Positions 10,583-21,371 of a DNA stretch of 64,000 nucleotides are shown here, in pieces. Under the pieces are notes generated by a model that made no database searches, was not told where the DNA came from, and worked only from the letters and a program-made list of their open reading frames with translations. A program made the translations under genes and the position numbers. The stretch spans positions 113,755 through 177,754 of the forward strand of contig CAVPHL010000002.1 of NCBI GenBank assembly GCA_963704225.1, read 5' to 3'. The stretch comes from an uncultured Actinomycetota bacterium. Its GTDB lineage: Bacteria; Actinomycetota; Actinomycetes; Propionibacteriales; Propionibacteriaceae. Each line of letters opens with the position of its first letter. Within the stretch, counting starts at the first letter, position 1.

Positions 10583-11848
10583 GTGGCGATCCTGACTTCC
10601 CCCGCCGTGGATCGCCGCGGAACCGAGCCGGCCGTACCCGAGGCGGGACGGCGGCGAAGTCTCGTGGTCGAATGGCTGGCGCATCCCCAGGCCAGCTTCT
10701 ACCTGGTGCTCGTCCCCGCAGCCCTGCTGCTCAGCCTCGGCATGATGATGGTGCTCTCGGCCTCCAGTGTCTACGCCCTGGTCCGCTACGACGACTCCTT
10801 CTACTTCGTGAAGCGCCAGGTGATCTTCCTGGTGATCGGCGGCGTCGCGGCGTTCATCCTCTCCCGACGATCCCCGCAGCAGCTGAGGGTCCTCTCCTGG
10901 GTGGTGGTGGTGGCCGCCCTGGTGCTGCAGATCCTGACCTTCACCCCGCTGGGGTACTCCAACAACGGCAACACCAACTGGGTCCGGTTCGGCGTCCCGT
11001 GGTTCGGCGTGCAGCCCTCCGAGCTGGCCAAGCTGGCGATCGTGTTGTGGAGCGCCGACCTGTTCGCCCGCAAGCACAAGCGGCTGAGCGATCCGCGGCA
11101 CCTGCTGATCCCGTTCCTGCCGGTGTCGTTGATCCTGATCGGCCTGGTGGTGCTCCAGTCCGACCTGGGTACGGGAATCATCATGGGCCTGCTCGTGCTG
11201 GCCGCGCTGTGGTACGTGGGCGCCTCCTGGCGGGTGATCGGCTACCTGGTCGGCGGCGTCGGGGCGATCCTGGGCGTGCTGGTGATCACCACTCCCTACC
11301 GGCTCACCCGCATCCTCGGCTTCTTCAACCAGGACCTTGACCCGCTCGGGGTCAACCACCAGCCGATCAAGGCGATCTTCGCGCTCGCGTCCGGCGGCTG
11401 GTGGGGGCTCGGCCTGGGTGCGTCCCGGCAGAAGTGGGGAGCCCTGGTCGAGTCCCACACCGACTATGTGCTCGCCGTCATCGGCGAGGAGCTGGGGCTG
11501 GTCGGCACCCTGCTGGTCCTGGGGCTCTTCCTGGTGATGGGCTACGCCGGTTTCCGGATCGCGATGCGTTCCGACATCCGGTTCTGCCGCTACGCCGCCG
11601 CCGGCATCACCAGCTGGTTCATGATCCAGGCGCTGGTGAACATCCTGGTGGTGCTGCGGATGATGCCGGTGTTCGGGGTGCCGTTGCCCCTGCTGTCCTA
11701 CGGCGGTTCCGCGCTGATGGCCAACCTGATGGCGCTGGGTGTCCTGCTGGCCTGTGCGCGCCAGGAGCCGGAGTCACGGGCGTTCCTGCGCCACCGGCGC
11801 CGCCCCTCCAGCCAATCCCTGGTCACCACGGCGTCGGGACGCCGGTGA
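10583..11848 (+). CDS. ftsW: SEDS peptidoglycan polymerase FtsW
   Basis: QPSELAK, HTDYVLAVIGEELG, GVPLPLLSYGGS; multiple TM helices. Confidence 0.94.
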   Translation: MAILTSPAVDRRGTEPAVPEAGRRRSLVVEWLAHPQASFYLVLVPAALLLSLGMMMVLSASSVYALVRYDDSFYFVKRQVIFLVIGGVAAFILSRRSPQQLRVLSWVVVVAALVLQILTFTPLGYSNNGNTNWVRFGVPWFGVQPSELAKLAIVLWSADLFARKHKRLSDPRHLLIPFLPVSLILIGLVVLQSDLGTGIIMGLLVLAALWYVGASWRVIGYLVGGVGAILGVLVITTPYRLTRILGFFNQDLDPLGVNHQPIKAIFALASGGWWGLGLGASRQKWGALVESHTDYVLAVIGEELGLVGTLLVLGLFLVMGYAGFRIAMRSDIRFCRYAAAGITSWFMIQALVNILVVLRMMPVFGVPLPLLSYGGSALMANLMALGVLLACARQEPESRAFLRHRRRPSSQSLVTTASGRR

Positions 11849-12948
11849 GCGCCGTCCGGGTGGTTCTCGCCGGCGGCGGCACCGCCGGTCACACCTCTCC
11901 CCTGATCGCCACGGCACGGGCCCTGGAGGGTCTCACCGCGGTCGACATCGCCTGCGTCGGCACTCCCAAGGGGCTGGAGTCGCGGGTGATCCCCGAGGCC
12001 GGGCTGCGGCTGGAGCTCATCCCGCCGGTGCCGCTGCCGCGCCGCCTCACCCCGGAGCTGCTCGCCGTGCCGGTGCGGCTGGTGCGGGCCGTCCGTGAGG
12101 CGGGCGCGATCCTGCGGGGCCACCACGCCCAGGTCGTGGTCGGGTTCGGCGGCTACGTGTCCCTGCCGGTCTATCTGGCCGCCCGGCTGGCCGGGGTGCC
12201 GCTGGTGCTGCACGAGGGCAACGCCGTGCCGGGGCTGGCCAACCGGGTGGCTGCCCGGTTCACCCCGCACGTGGCGACCACCTTCCCCGGCACCCGGCTG
12301 CCGCACGCCGTGCACCTCGGGCTGCCGGTGCGAGCCGGGATCGCATCCCTCGACCGGGCCGCCCGGCGCCCTGCGGCGCGGGCCGCGTTCGACCTGCCCG
12401 CGGACGGTCGTGTCCTGCTGGTCAGCGGCGGCTCGCAGGGGGCCCGCAGCCTCAACCTCGCCACCCTCGGCGCGGCGGGTCGGCTGCTCGCTGCGGGGAT
12501 CTCGGTCCTGCACGTGCTCGGCCCGGCCAACCTCACCGGGGAGACCGTCGCCGGTACCGATCCGGCCACCGGTGCGGTCTACCGGCCGGTCGGCTACGTC
12601 GACGACATGGCCGACGCCTACGCCGCCGCCGACCTGATGCTGGGCCGTTCCGGCGCCGGGACGGTGATGGAGACGGCGATGACCGGACTGCCGGTGGTGT
12701 TCGTGCCGCTCCCGCACGGCAACGGCGAACAGGCCCTGAACGCCTCCTTCCTGGTCGAGGCCGGGGCCGGCGTGCTGGTCCCGGACGCCGAACTGGACGC
12801 CGACCGGGTGGTGGCCGAAGCCGCCCTCCTGCTGGACGACCCCGACCGGCTCGCCCGGATGTCCGCGGACTGCCGGCGGCTGGCGCCCACGGACGCCTCC
12901 GCCGCCCTGGCGAGGCTGGTGCTGGGCGCCGCCGGCTGGCGAGAATGA
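11845..12948 (+). CDS. murG: Lipid I GlcNAc transferase MurG
   Basis: AGGGTAGH, GFGGYVS, HEGNAVPGLAN, GGSQGA, RSGAGT, EQALNA. Confidence 0.96.
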   Translation: MSAVRVVLAGGGTAGHTSPLIATARALEGLTAVDIACVGTPKGLESRVIPEAGLRLELIPPVPLPRRLTPELLAVPVRLVRAVREAGAILRGHHAQVVVGFGGYVSLPVYLAARLAGVPLVLHEGNAVPGLANRVAARFTPHVATTFPGTRLPHAVHLGLPVRAGIASLDRAARRPAARAAFDLPADGRVLLVSGGSQGARSLNLATLGAAGRLLAAGISVLHVLGPANLTGETVAGTDPATGAVYRPVGYVDDMADAYAAADLMLGRSGAGTVMETAMTGLPVVFVPLPHGNGEQALNASFLVEAGAGVLVPDAELDADRVVAEAALLLDDPDRLARMSADCRRLAPTDASAALARLVLGAAGWRE

Positions 12949-12952
12949 ACCC

Positions 12953-14362
12953 GTGCTGATCGAACCCGTCGACCTGGTGCCGGTCTCCGGACTCGGCGCC
13001 GTCCACTTCATCGCGATCGGCGGTGCGGGGATGAGTGGCGTGGCCGCGATGTACGCCTCCCTCGGCGTCACGGTGAGCGGCAGCGACCGGGCCGACTCCG
13101 ACGCGCTGGCCGCCCTGGCCGCCCTCGGCATCCGCACCCACATCGGCCACGACGCCGGTCAGCTGGGCGACGCGGCCACGGTGGTGGTGTCATCGGCGGT
13201 CCGGCCCGAGAACCCCGAACTGGTCGAGGCCCGGCGACGGGGGCTGCGGATCTGGCACCGTAGCAGCGCCCTGGCTGCCCTGATGCGGGGGCGCCGCGGC
13301 ATCGCTGTCACCGGCACCCACGGCAAGACCACCACTTCGGCGATGACCGGCGTGCTGCTGGCCGGGGCGGGCGCCGACCCGTCCTGGGTCGTCGGCTCGC
13401 CCCTGGCGGCCACCGGGCGCGCCTGGCACGCCGGTGCGGGCGAGGCGTTCGTGGTGGAGGCCGACGAGAGCGACGGCTCCTTCCTGCAGTACCCGGCGGA
13501 GATCGTGGTGATCACCAACGTGGAGGCCGACCACCTCGACAACTGGGGCACCCCCGAGGCGTACGCGGCCGGCTTCGTCCGGTTCGCCACCGCGCCCGGG
13601 GTGGCGACGGTGGTGACCAACGCCGACGACCCCGGAGCCCGGGCGCTCACCCCCGCGATCCGGGCGGCCGGCAAGCGGGTGGTGACCGTCGGGGAGGCCG
13701 TGGACGCCGACGTCCGGCTGGCCGCGACCCGCTTTCCGCCCGGGGAGGCCCGGGCGACCCTGGTCACGGCCACGGACACCGGTGAGCTGGCCCTGACCGT
13801 GCCGGGCCGGTACAACCTGCACAACGCCGCCGCCGCGTACGCGGTGGGTCGGGCCCTGGGCCTGGACGGGGCAGCGCTGCGCGCGGCCGCGCCCGGTTTC
13901 ACCGGAACCCAACGCCGGTTCCAGCCGGTGGCCGAGGTCGCCGGCGTCCGGATCTTCGACGACTACGCCCATCACCCCACGGAGGTCGCCGCCACCCTCA
14001 CCGCCGCGCGTGGCCTGGCCGGGGAGGGCCGGCTGGTCGCCTGCTTCCAGCCCCACCTGTTCACCCGCACCCGCGACTTCGCCGCCGAGTTCGGGCAGGC
14101 CCTCGCGCTGGCCGACGTGGTGCTGGTGCTGGGCATCTACCCGGCCCGGGAGGACCCGATCCCGGGAGTGACCGGACGCCTGGTCGCCGAGGCGGCGGAC
14201 GCCGTCGCACCCGGCCGGGTGCACTACGCGGAGTCCCTGGTCGAGGCCGCGCCGGCCCTTGCCGCCCTGGTCCGCCCCGGCGACCTGGTCGTCACCCTCG
14301 GCGCCGGCGACGTGACCACGGTCGGTCCGCAGTTGGCCGGTCTGCTGGGGGCTCCTGCGTGA
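12953..14362 (+). CDS. murC: UDP-MurNAc:L-Ala ligase MurC
   Basis: IGGAGMSG, GTHGKTTT, EADESDGSF, DDYAHHPTE, FQPH. Confidence 0.96.
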   Translation: MLIEPVDLVPVSGLGAVHFIAIGGAGMSGVAAMYASLGVTVSGSDRADSDALAALAALGIRTHIGHDAGQLGDAATVVVSSAVRPENPELVEARRRGLRIWHRSSALAALMRGRRGIAVTGTHGKTTTSAMTGVLLAGAGADPSWVVGSPLAATGRAWHAGAGEAFVVEADESDGSFLQYPAEIVVITNVEADHLDNWGTPEAYAAGFVRFATAPGVATVVTNADDPGARALTPAIRAAGKRVVTVGEAVDADVRLAATRFPPGEARATLVTATDTGELALTVPGRYNLHNAAAAYAVGRALGLDGAALRAAAPGFTGTQRRFQPVAEVAGVRIFDDYAHHPTEVAATLTAARGLAGEGRLVACFQPHLFTRTRDFAAEFGQALALADVVLVLGIYPAREDPIPGVTGRLVAEAADAVAPGRVHYAESLVEAAPALAALVRPGDLVVTLGAGDVTTVGPQLAGLLGAPA

Positions 14363-15075
14363 GCGGGATCAGCGACGTCACCACCCGGCTCCAGGGACGC
14401 CGGCGCGACAGCAGACGCCGCCAGGGCATCCGCTGGGCGGTCGCCGTCCTCGTGCTCGCCCTGCTGGTCGGGGTGGGCTGGGTGTTCGGGTTCTCGCCCG
14501 TCTTCGCCACCCGCACCGTGGCGGTCTCCGGCGTCGAGGAACTCAGCAAGGCCGACGTCCTGGCCGCGGCGGCCGTCGTTCCCGGCACCCCACTCGTCCG
14601 GATGGACACCGGTCAGGTCGCCGAGCGGGTCGCCGGGTTGCCGCCGGTGGCGGAGGTCACCGTGACCCGCAGGTGGCCGGCGACGATCCAGATCGCCGTC
14701 ACCGAACGCCGGGCCCGGCTCGCGATCGCCGCCGGCGGGGGATACCTGCTGGCCGACGGGACCGGGGTGGTCTTCCGGGCGGTGGCGGTGGCTCCGTCCG
14801 GCCTCGTCGTGGTGGACGCCGACCCCTCCGACCAGCAGGTTCTGGTGGACGTGGGAACGGTCTTCTCCGCGCTCAGCCCGCAGGCGGCGGCCAGGGTCTC
14901 GCGGCTCGCCGCGCCCAGTCGGGACGGCATCGAGTTGCGCCTGCGGGACGGAAGCCGGGTGATCTGGGGCAGCGCGGAGGACTCCGAACTGAAGGGCCAG
15001 GTGCTCGACGACCTGCTCCCGCTGGGGGGGACCGAGTTCAACGTGTCCGCCCCCGGGTTCCCGACCCACCGGTAG
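14359..15075 (+). CDS. ftsQ: Cell division protein FtsQ/DivIB
   Basis: TM helix plus POTRA-like region (VTRRWPATIQIAVTER), between murC and ftsZ. Confidence 0.9.
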   Translation: MSGISDVTTRLQGRRRDSRRRQGIRWAVAVLVLALLVGVGWVFGFSPVFATRTVAVSGVEELSKADVLAAAAVVPGTPLVRMDTGQVAERVAGLPPVAEVTVTRRWPATIQIAVTERRARLAIAAGGGYLLADGTGVVFRAVAVAPSGLVVVDADPSDQQVLVDVGTVFSALSPQAAARVSRLAAPSRDGIELRLRDGSRVIWGSAEDSELKGQVLDDLLPLGGTEFNVSAPGFPTHR

Positions 15076-15084
15076 GGCCGCGGC

Positions 15085-15161
15085 AACCCTGAACCCGCAG
15101 TTGAGGGACACGCCGAGCCACCCCCCAAACTTGGACAACCACAAAACGCGATGCCTAGCCT
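15085..15161 (+). promoter_or_regulatory. ftsZ promoter region: imperfect palindrome, GACAC motif, putative -10
   Basis: AACCCTGAACCCGCAGTTGAGGG (15085-15107), GACAC (15107-15111), TTGGAC (15131), TAGCCT (15156-15161). Confidence 0.55.
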
Positions 15162-15252
15162 TGGCCAAGCGCCGAAGCAGTTCACCTTCCCCGGTTCGCC
15201 CGCTTCGTCGAACCATGCTGCACGCGATGCAGGTACTAGTGCTGGAGTAAGG

Positions 15253-16437
<1,185 letters not shown>

Positions 16438-16465
16438 CCCGGTCCTCCCAGAGACTGAGGACCCG

Positions 16466-17161
16466 GTGTTCAGCTACCGCAACGACCCCGACGCCGACGG
16501 CGTCGGGGTCGCTTTCTGCGACGCCGTCGCACCCGACGGCGGTCGCCTCGACCTGGCTGGCCCCGCGGCCGCGGAGGTGCTGGCCGGCGCTCTCGGCGTC
16601 CCTGTGGTGGGAGTGCGCCAGGTGCACGGCACCAGGGTGGTCGTGGTGGCAGACGGCGCCGATCCGGACCGGCTCGCCCGCGAAACCGCCGACGCGCTGG
16701 TCACCACCGTCCGGGGAGTGGCGCTGTCGGTGCGGGTCGCCGACTGTCTCCCGGTCGTCTTCGCCGACCCGGACACGGGGGTGGTGGGGGTCGCGCACGC
16801 CGGGCGGGTGGGGCTCGCCGCCGGGGTTCTTCCCGCTGCGGTGGCCGCGCTCGCCGGTCTCGGGGCCCGCGAGCTCACCGCCTGGATCGGCCCGCACATC
16901 TGCGGCCGCTGCTACGAGGTGCCGGCGGCACTCCTGGAGGAGTTCTGCCGCACCCACCCCCGCGCCCGGGCCGCCACCAGTTGGGGTACCCCGTCCCTCG
17001 ACCTGGGGGCGGCCGCCGCGGTCCAGCTCGCCGGGCTGGGCTGCACGGTGCGGCGATTCGACCCGTGCACCCGGACGACGGCCTCCCTGCACTCGTTCCG
17101 CCGGGACGGGGACCGCTCGGGACGACAGGCCGGTCTGGTCTGGCTGCCGCCCGCCCGGTGA
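16466..17161 (+). CDS. pgeF: PgeF/YfiH-family peptidoglycan editing factor / purine nucleoside phosphorylase
   Basis: QVHG, ADCLPV, AHAGR, IGPHICGRCYEV, SFRR; directly after ftsZ. Confidence 0.9.
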   Translation: MFSYRNDPDADGVGVAFCDAVAPDGGRLDLAGPAAAEVLAGALGVPVVGVRQVHGTRVVVVADGADPDRLARETADALVTTVRGVALSVRVADCLPVVFADPDTGVVGVAHAGRVGLAAGVLPAAVAALAGLGARELTAWIGPHICGRCYEVPAALLEEFCRTHPRARAATSWGTPSLDLGAAAAVQLAGLGCTVRRFDPCTRTTASLHSFRRDGDRSGRQAGLVWLPPAR

Positions 17162-17304
17162 GCCTGGTCCGGGGTCGGTGACAGCGGCGGGGGAGCGCTT
17201 CGACGAAGCGGGGCCGACACCTCGGCGTCGGCAGGCGTGGCTAACCGGGCTGGGCCGCCCGCGCGGCTAGCATCATTGGGGACTGGCGAGACAAAGGGGC
17301 GAAG

Positions 17305-17778
17305 ATGGCTGATCGGTTGAAGAAGGCGGCCGTGTGGCTGGGCCTGGTGTCCGACAACGACTATGCGGAGATCGAGCCGGAGACCGAGGACGTCACCGAG
17401 CAGGTGCTGGATCGTCGGGCCGACGACGTGCGCCCGCCCGCGGCGACCGTCACCGAACTGGAGACCCGGCGTCCGGCCAAGGAGCAATCCCGGGTGGCCG
17501 ACATCAACAAGATCATCACCGTGCATCCCCGCACCTACAACGAAGCCCGCACGATCGGGGAGAACTTCCGCGACGGCATCCCGGTGATCATGAACCTCAG
17601 CGACATGGAGGAGTCCGACGCCAAGCGGCTGGTCGACTTCTCCGCCGGACTCATCTTTGGCCTGCGTGGCAGCATTGAACGCATCACCAGCAAGGTGTTC
17701 CTGCTCTCACCGCACAACGTCACCGTGGCGGCGGAGGACAAGGAGCGCCTCGCAGGGGGGTTCTTCAACCAGTCCTGA
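17305..17778 (+). CDS. sepF: Cell division protein SepF
   Basis: [35 protein letters not shown]. Confidence 0.95.
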   Translation: MADRLKKAAVWLGLVSDNDYAEIEPETEDVTEQVLDRRADDVRPPAATVTELETRRPAKEQSRVADINKIITVHPRTYNEARTIGENFRDGIPVIMNLSDMEESDAKRLVDFSAGLIFGLRGSIERITSKVFLLSPHNVTVAAEDKERLAGGFFNQS

Positions 17779-17789
17779 AAGGTGGGCCG

Positions 17790-18065
17790 ATGGCCCTGGT
17801 CGGCGTCCTGCTCCACGGGGTCCTGCTCGCCTTCCTCGCCCTGCTCACCGTTCGGGCCGTGCTCGGGCTGGTGCCGCTGTTCGTCCGTGACTGGGAACCC
17901 GCCGGGTGGCTGCGGGTGGTGGCCGAATTCGTGCTCACCCTCACCGACCCGCCGATCCGGTGGTGCCAGCGGTTCCTCCCGCCGGTGCGGTTCGGCGGCC
18001 TCCAGGTCGATCTCGCGTTCACGGTGCTCTACCTCGGGGTGGCGCTGCTGTCGCGCTGGATCTGA
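17790..18065 (+). CDS. YggT/SepG-family membrane protein
   Basis: 91-aa hydrophobic protein with LTDPP...PPVRFGGLQVDL, between sepF and divIVA. Confidence 0.88.
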   Translation: MALVGVLLHGVLLAFLALLTVRAVLGLVPLFVRDWEPAGWLRVVAEFVLTLTDPPIRWCQRFLPPVRFGGLQVDLAFTVLYLGVALLSRWI

Positions 18066-18219
18066 GAACCGGCCGGCGGGAATGTCTGTACCTTTGGTTT
18101 ACGCTCCCGGGGCCGCGGTGTGTGTGATCTTGGATTCGGCAAACCCGACCCACTAGCCTGAGAGCGCCCTTTCGGGGCCCTGTTGGCAGGGCACCGTTTT
18201 CGATCACGTGAGGTGAGCA

Positions 18220-19248
18220 ATGACCCTGACCCTCGAGCAGGTCCGCCAGACGCGGTTCCATCTGGCCCGGCGGAACGGCTACGAACCCGTCGACGTCGAC
18301 AATTTCGTCGACAAGGTCGAGGCCACCCTGTCCCAACTGACCGAGGAGAACTCCACTCTCAAGGAGCAGGTCGAGGCGCTCAGCTCCAGCGAGCCGTCCA
18401 GCATCTTCGTCCCCGGGGACTCCCCGGACGTCGACGAGTTGCGCGCGGGGCTGCAGGGTCAGCAGGTCGAACTCGACCGGGTGAAGGGCGAACTCGCCTC
18501 CCGCGACGAGGAGTTGGCCGGGCGCACCCATGACCTGGAGCAGGTGCAGGCCGAACTCGCCGCGAAGCAGGCCGAACTGGAGGCGCTCCAGGGTGAGGTC
18601 GTCAACCTCCGGGGGGCCGCCGAGGGCGCTGCCGCCGAGGCTGCCGCAGCCCAGGCCGCCGCTCAGGCTCGCTCCCAGGAGCCGGCCTTCCCCACCGGCA
18701 CGGTCGAGAACATCGTCGTCACCTCCTCCGCCGAGGCTTCGCCCGCGGTCACCCGGCTCCTCCAGATGGCCACCGAGCAGGCCGAGCGCCTGGTCGGGGA
18801 GTCCCAGATCGAGGCGCAGCGGGTCGTGGCGTCGGCGCGCGGCGAGGCCGAGGGCGTCATCGACAACGCCAACAAGAAGGCGCACGAGACCCTCACCGAC
18901 GCCCGGACCCGCGCGGACCGGATCGAGTCCGAGGCCCGGGTCAACGCCGAGAAGGTCACCAACGAGGCACAGTCCCGCGCCGCCGCCGTCAACGGGCAGG
19001 CCGACGCCCGGCGGGCCGAGCTGTTCACGGCCCTGGAACAGGAGCGGGACGTGCTGCGCGGCAAGGTGGACCACCTGCGCAGCTTCGAGGGCAACTTCCG
19101 CACCAACCTCGTCAATCACCTGCAGACCCAGCTCAAGACGCTGACCGATGCCACGATCGAACCGGGCGACACCCCGGAGATCCTGAGCGAGCCGCCCGCC
19201 GAGTCGGCCACGCCGCGCCTGGACGCCCTGCTCGGCGAGGGCAACTGA
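18220..19248 (+). CDS. divIVA: DivIVA/Wag31 polar growth determinant
   Basis: N-terminal LTLEQV...GYEPVDVDNFVD domain followed by long coiled coils. Confidence 0.93.
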   Translation: MTLTLEQVRQTRFHLARRNGYEPVDVDNFVDKVEATLSQLTEENSTLKEQVEALSSSEPSSIFVPGDSPDVDELRAGLQGQQVELDRVKGELASRDEELAGRTHDLEQVQAELAAKQAELEALQGEVVNLRGAAEGAAAEAAAAQAAAQARSQEPAFPTGTVENIVVTSSAEASPAVTRLLQMATEQAERLVGESQIEAQRVVASARGEAEGVIDNANKKAHETLTDARTRADRIESEARVNAEKVTNEAQSRAAAVNGQADARRAELFTALEQERDVLRGKVDHLRSFEGNFRTNLVNHLQTQLKTLTDATIEPGDTPEILSEPPAESATPRLDALLGEGN

Positions 19249-19250
19249 CC

Positions 19251-19299
19251 CGCAACGACCTTCCCGCCTCCGTATCCACGGACGGCGGGAAGTGTTGCG
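19251..19299 (+). terminator. Hairpin terminator after divIVA
   Basis: CTTCCCGCC-TCCGT-ATCC-ACGGA-C-GGCGGGAAG stem, extended by GCAAC/GTTGC. Confidence 0.6.
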
Positions 19300-19415
19300 T
19301 CCGGGCCCCGAACCGGCCTTCCGCGGCGGCCGGTCGGCCGGTCCGGCGATTCGCCCGGCGGCGCGCCGGGCAGGTGGTACTCTCCCTGCTCAGGCGTGAC
19401 AGGAGGAGCCCCACG

Positions 19416-19853
19416 ATGACGTCGTCGAACACCCGGGAGAGCAAGGCGAAGCCCACGGCGGTCGCGTTCCCGGTGGCGGAGGGCGAAGATCCCTGGACCG
19501 ACGAGGAGGTCGAGGAGATCCGCCAGGAGCTGCTGGCGGACATCGCCCGGATGGAGCGTGCGATCCAGGTCGCCGAGGCGGGGCTGGCCGACCTGTTCGA
19601 GGACGGTGTGGACGGCGCGGGGCGCGACCCGGCCGACGTCGGTTCCTCCAACTTCGAGCGTGACCAGGAAATGTCGCTGGCCCAGAACGCCCGGGACATG
19701 CTTGAGCAGGCGCAACTGGCCCACCGGCACTTCGAGGCCGGCAACTACGGCACCTGCGAGTCCTGCGGCCGGCCGATCGGCAAGGACCGGCTCCAGGTGT
19801 TCCCGCGAGCGACGATGTGCGTGACCTGCAAGCAGCGGGAGGAACGGCGATAG
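19416..19853 (+). CDS. TraR/DksA-family C4 zinc-finger protein
   Basis: DPAD coiled-coil tip, YGTCESCG...RL..FP.ATMCVTCK. AGGAGGAG RBS. Confidence 0.9.
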   Translation: MTSSNTRESKAKPTAVAFPVAEGEDPWTDEEVEEIRQELLADIARMERAIQVAEAGLADLFEDGVDGAGRDPADVGSSNFERDQEMSLAQNARDMLEQAQLAHRHFEAGNYGTCESCGRPIGKDRLQVFPRATMCVTCKQREERR

Positions 19854-19867
19854 CCGGCGATCGCGCG

Positions 19868-20410
19868 GTGAGCGAGGCGCCGGCCCTGCCGGCGAACCGG
19901 TCCCGGCTGCTGGCGCTCTGTCTCGGGATCGCCGCGGTGGGGTTCGGCCTGGACCTGTTGACCAAGACCGTCGCGCTGCAGGGCCTCGACCCGTCGCGGC
20001 CGATCCCGCTGCTGGGTGGGCTGGTCAACCTGCAGCTGATCCGTAACCCGGGGGCGGCGTTCAGCATGGGTGAGGACTTCACCGTGGTGCTGACCGGGAT
20101 CGCGATCACCGCCCTGGTGGGGGTACTGGTCGGGATCCTGCCCCGGCTGGGGCACATCGGTTGGGCGGTGGCGATCGGGTGCCTGCTCGCCGGGATCACC
20201 GGCAACCTCGCCGACCGCCTGTTCCGGGAGCCGGGGCCGTTCCGCGGCCATGTGATCGACTTCGTGCAGGTGCCCCAGTTCGCGATCTTCAACGTGGCCG
20301 ACATCTTCATCACTTCGGCCGCCGTCCTGGTGATCTGGCTGTCGATGATCACCCAGGTCAGCCTGAACGGCACCCGGCTGAAGGAACGCCCCGAGGGTTC
20401 TGGTGGCTAG
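19868..20410 (+). CDS. lspA: Lipoprotein signal peptidase II
   Basis: DLLTK, RNPGAAFS, GNLADR, VIDF, FNVAD. Confidence 0.94.
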   Translation: MSEAPALPANRSRLLALCLGIAAVGFGLDLLTKTVALQGLDPSRPIPLLGGLVNLQLIRNPGAAFSMGEDFTVVLTGIAITALVGVLVGILPRLGHIGWAVAIGCLLAGITGNLADRLFREPGPFRGHVIDFVQVPQFAIFNVADIFITSAAVLVIWLSMITQVSLNGTRLKERPEGSGG

Positions 20411-21318
20411 CGTCTGGCTGGTCCCGGACGGACTGGACGGCGACCGGGTGGACGCCGCGGCGGCCCGGATGACCGGCCTGTCGCGCAGCCGGATCGCCGA
20501 CCTCGCCGATGCCGGTGGCGTCCTGCGTGAATTCGGTGCCCGTGCCGAAGGCACACCGGGTCCGGGGCGGCGACCTGCTCGAGGTGGAGATCACCACCGC
20601 CCCCATGGTCGAGGTCGTTCCCCAGGAGGTGTCCGGGATCACGATCGTCCACGACGACGCGGACATCGTGGTGGTGGACAAGCCGGCCGGCGTGGCCGCC
20701 CATCCCAGCCTCGGTTGGGACGGGCCGTCAGTGGTGGAGCACCTCGCCGCCGCCGGCTTCCGGATCTCCACCTCGGGTGCCGCCGAACGGCGGGGCATCG
20801 TGCAACGGCTGGACGTGGGCACGTCAGGGCTGATGGTGGTGGCCAAGAGCGAGCCCGCCTACACCGCGCTCAAGCAGGCGTTCCGCTCCCGCCAGGTGGA
20901 CAAGACCTACCACACCCTGGTGCAGGGTCACCCCGACCCGTTCGAGGGCACGATCGAGGCGCCGATCGGGCGCCATCCGGGCGCGGACTACCGGATGGCC
21001 GTGGTTGCCGGGGGCCGGCACAGCGTGACCCACTACGCGGTGCGGGAGGCCTTCCCGGCCGTCACCCTGCTGGAGGTGCACCTGGAGACCGGTCGTACCC
21101 ACCAGATCCGGGTCCACATGCAGGCCATCCGGCATCCGTGCGTGGGCGACCCCACCTACGGCGGCGACCCGGTGCTGGCCGCGCGGCTGGGCCTGGAGCG
21201 GCAATGGCTGCATGCCGTCGAACTCGGCTTCATCCACCCGCGCTCGGGGGATCCGGTGACCTTCCGTTCGGGGTATCCCGACGACCTCCGGACCGCTCTG
21301 GACCTCGTCCGCGGCTGA
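20403..21318 (+). CDS. RluA/RluD-family pseudouridine synthase (one extra base near 20522-20527)
   Basis: S4-like N-terminus ([15 protein letters not shown]) in one frame; [14 protein letters not shown] and [10 protein letters not shown] in the next. The frames join at GTC CTG C GTG AAT. Confidence 0.88.
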
Positions 21319-21371
21319 GGCGGCCCCTCTCCGTTCACCGCTTGTTCATCCGGGTTGGGTAGGCTGCTGAC

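Noticed and set aside
12279-12290. Third CACCTTCCCCGG copy inside murG
   Set aside because: Explained by the codons for T-F-P-G, and the ACC/GGT closing stem is incomplete. Treated as chance.
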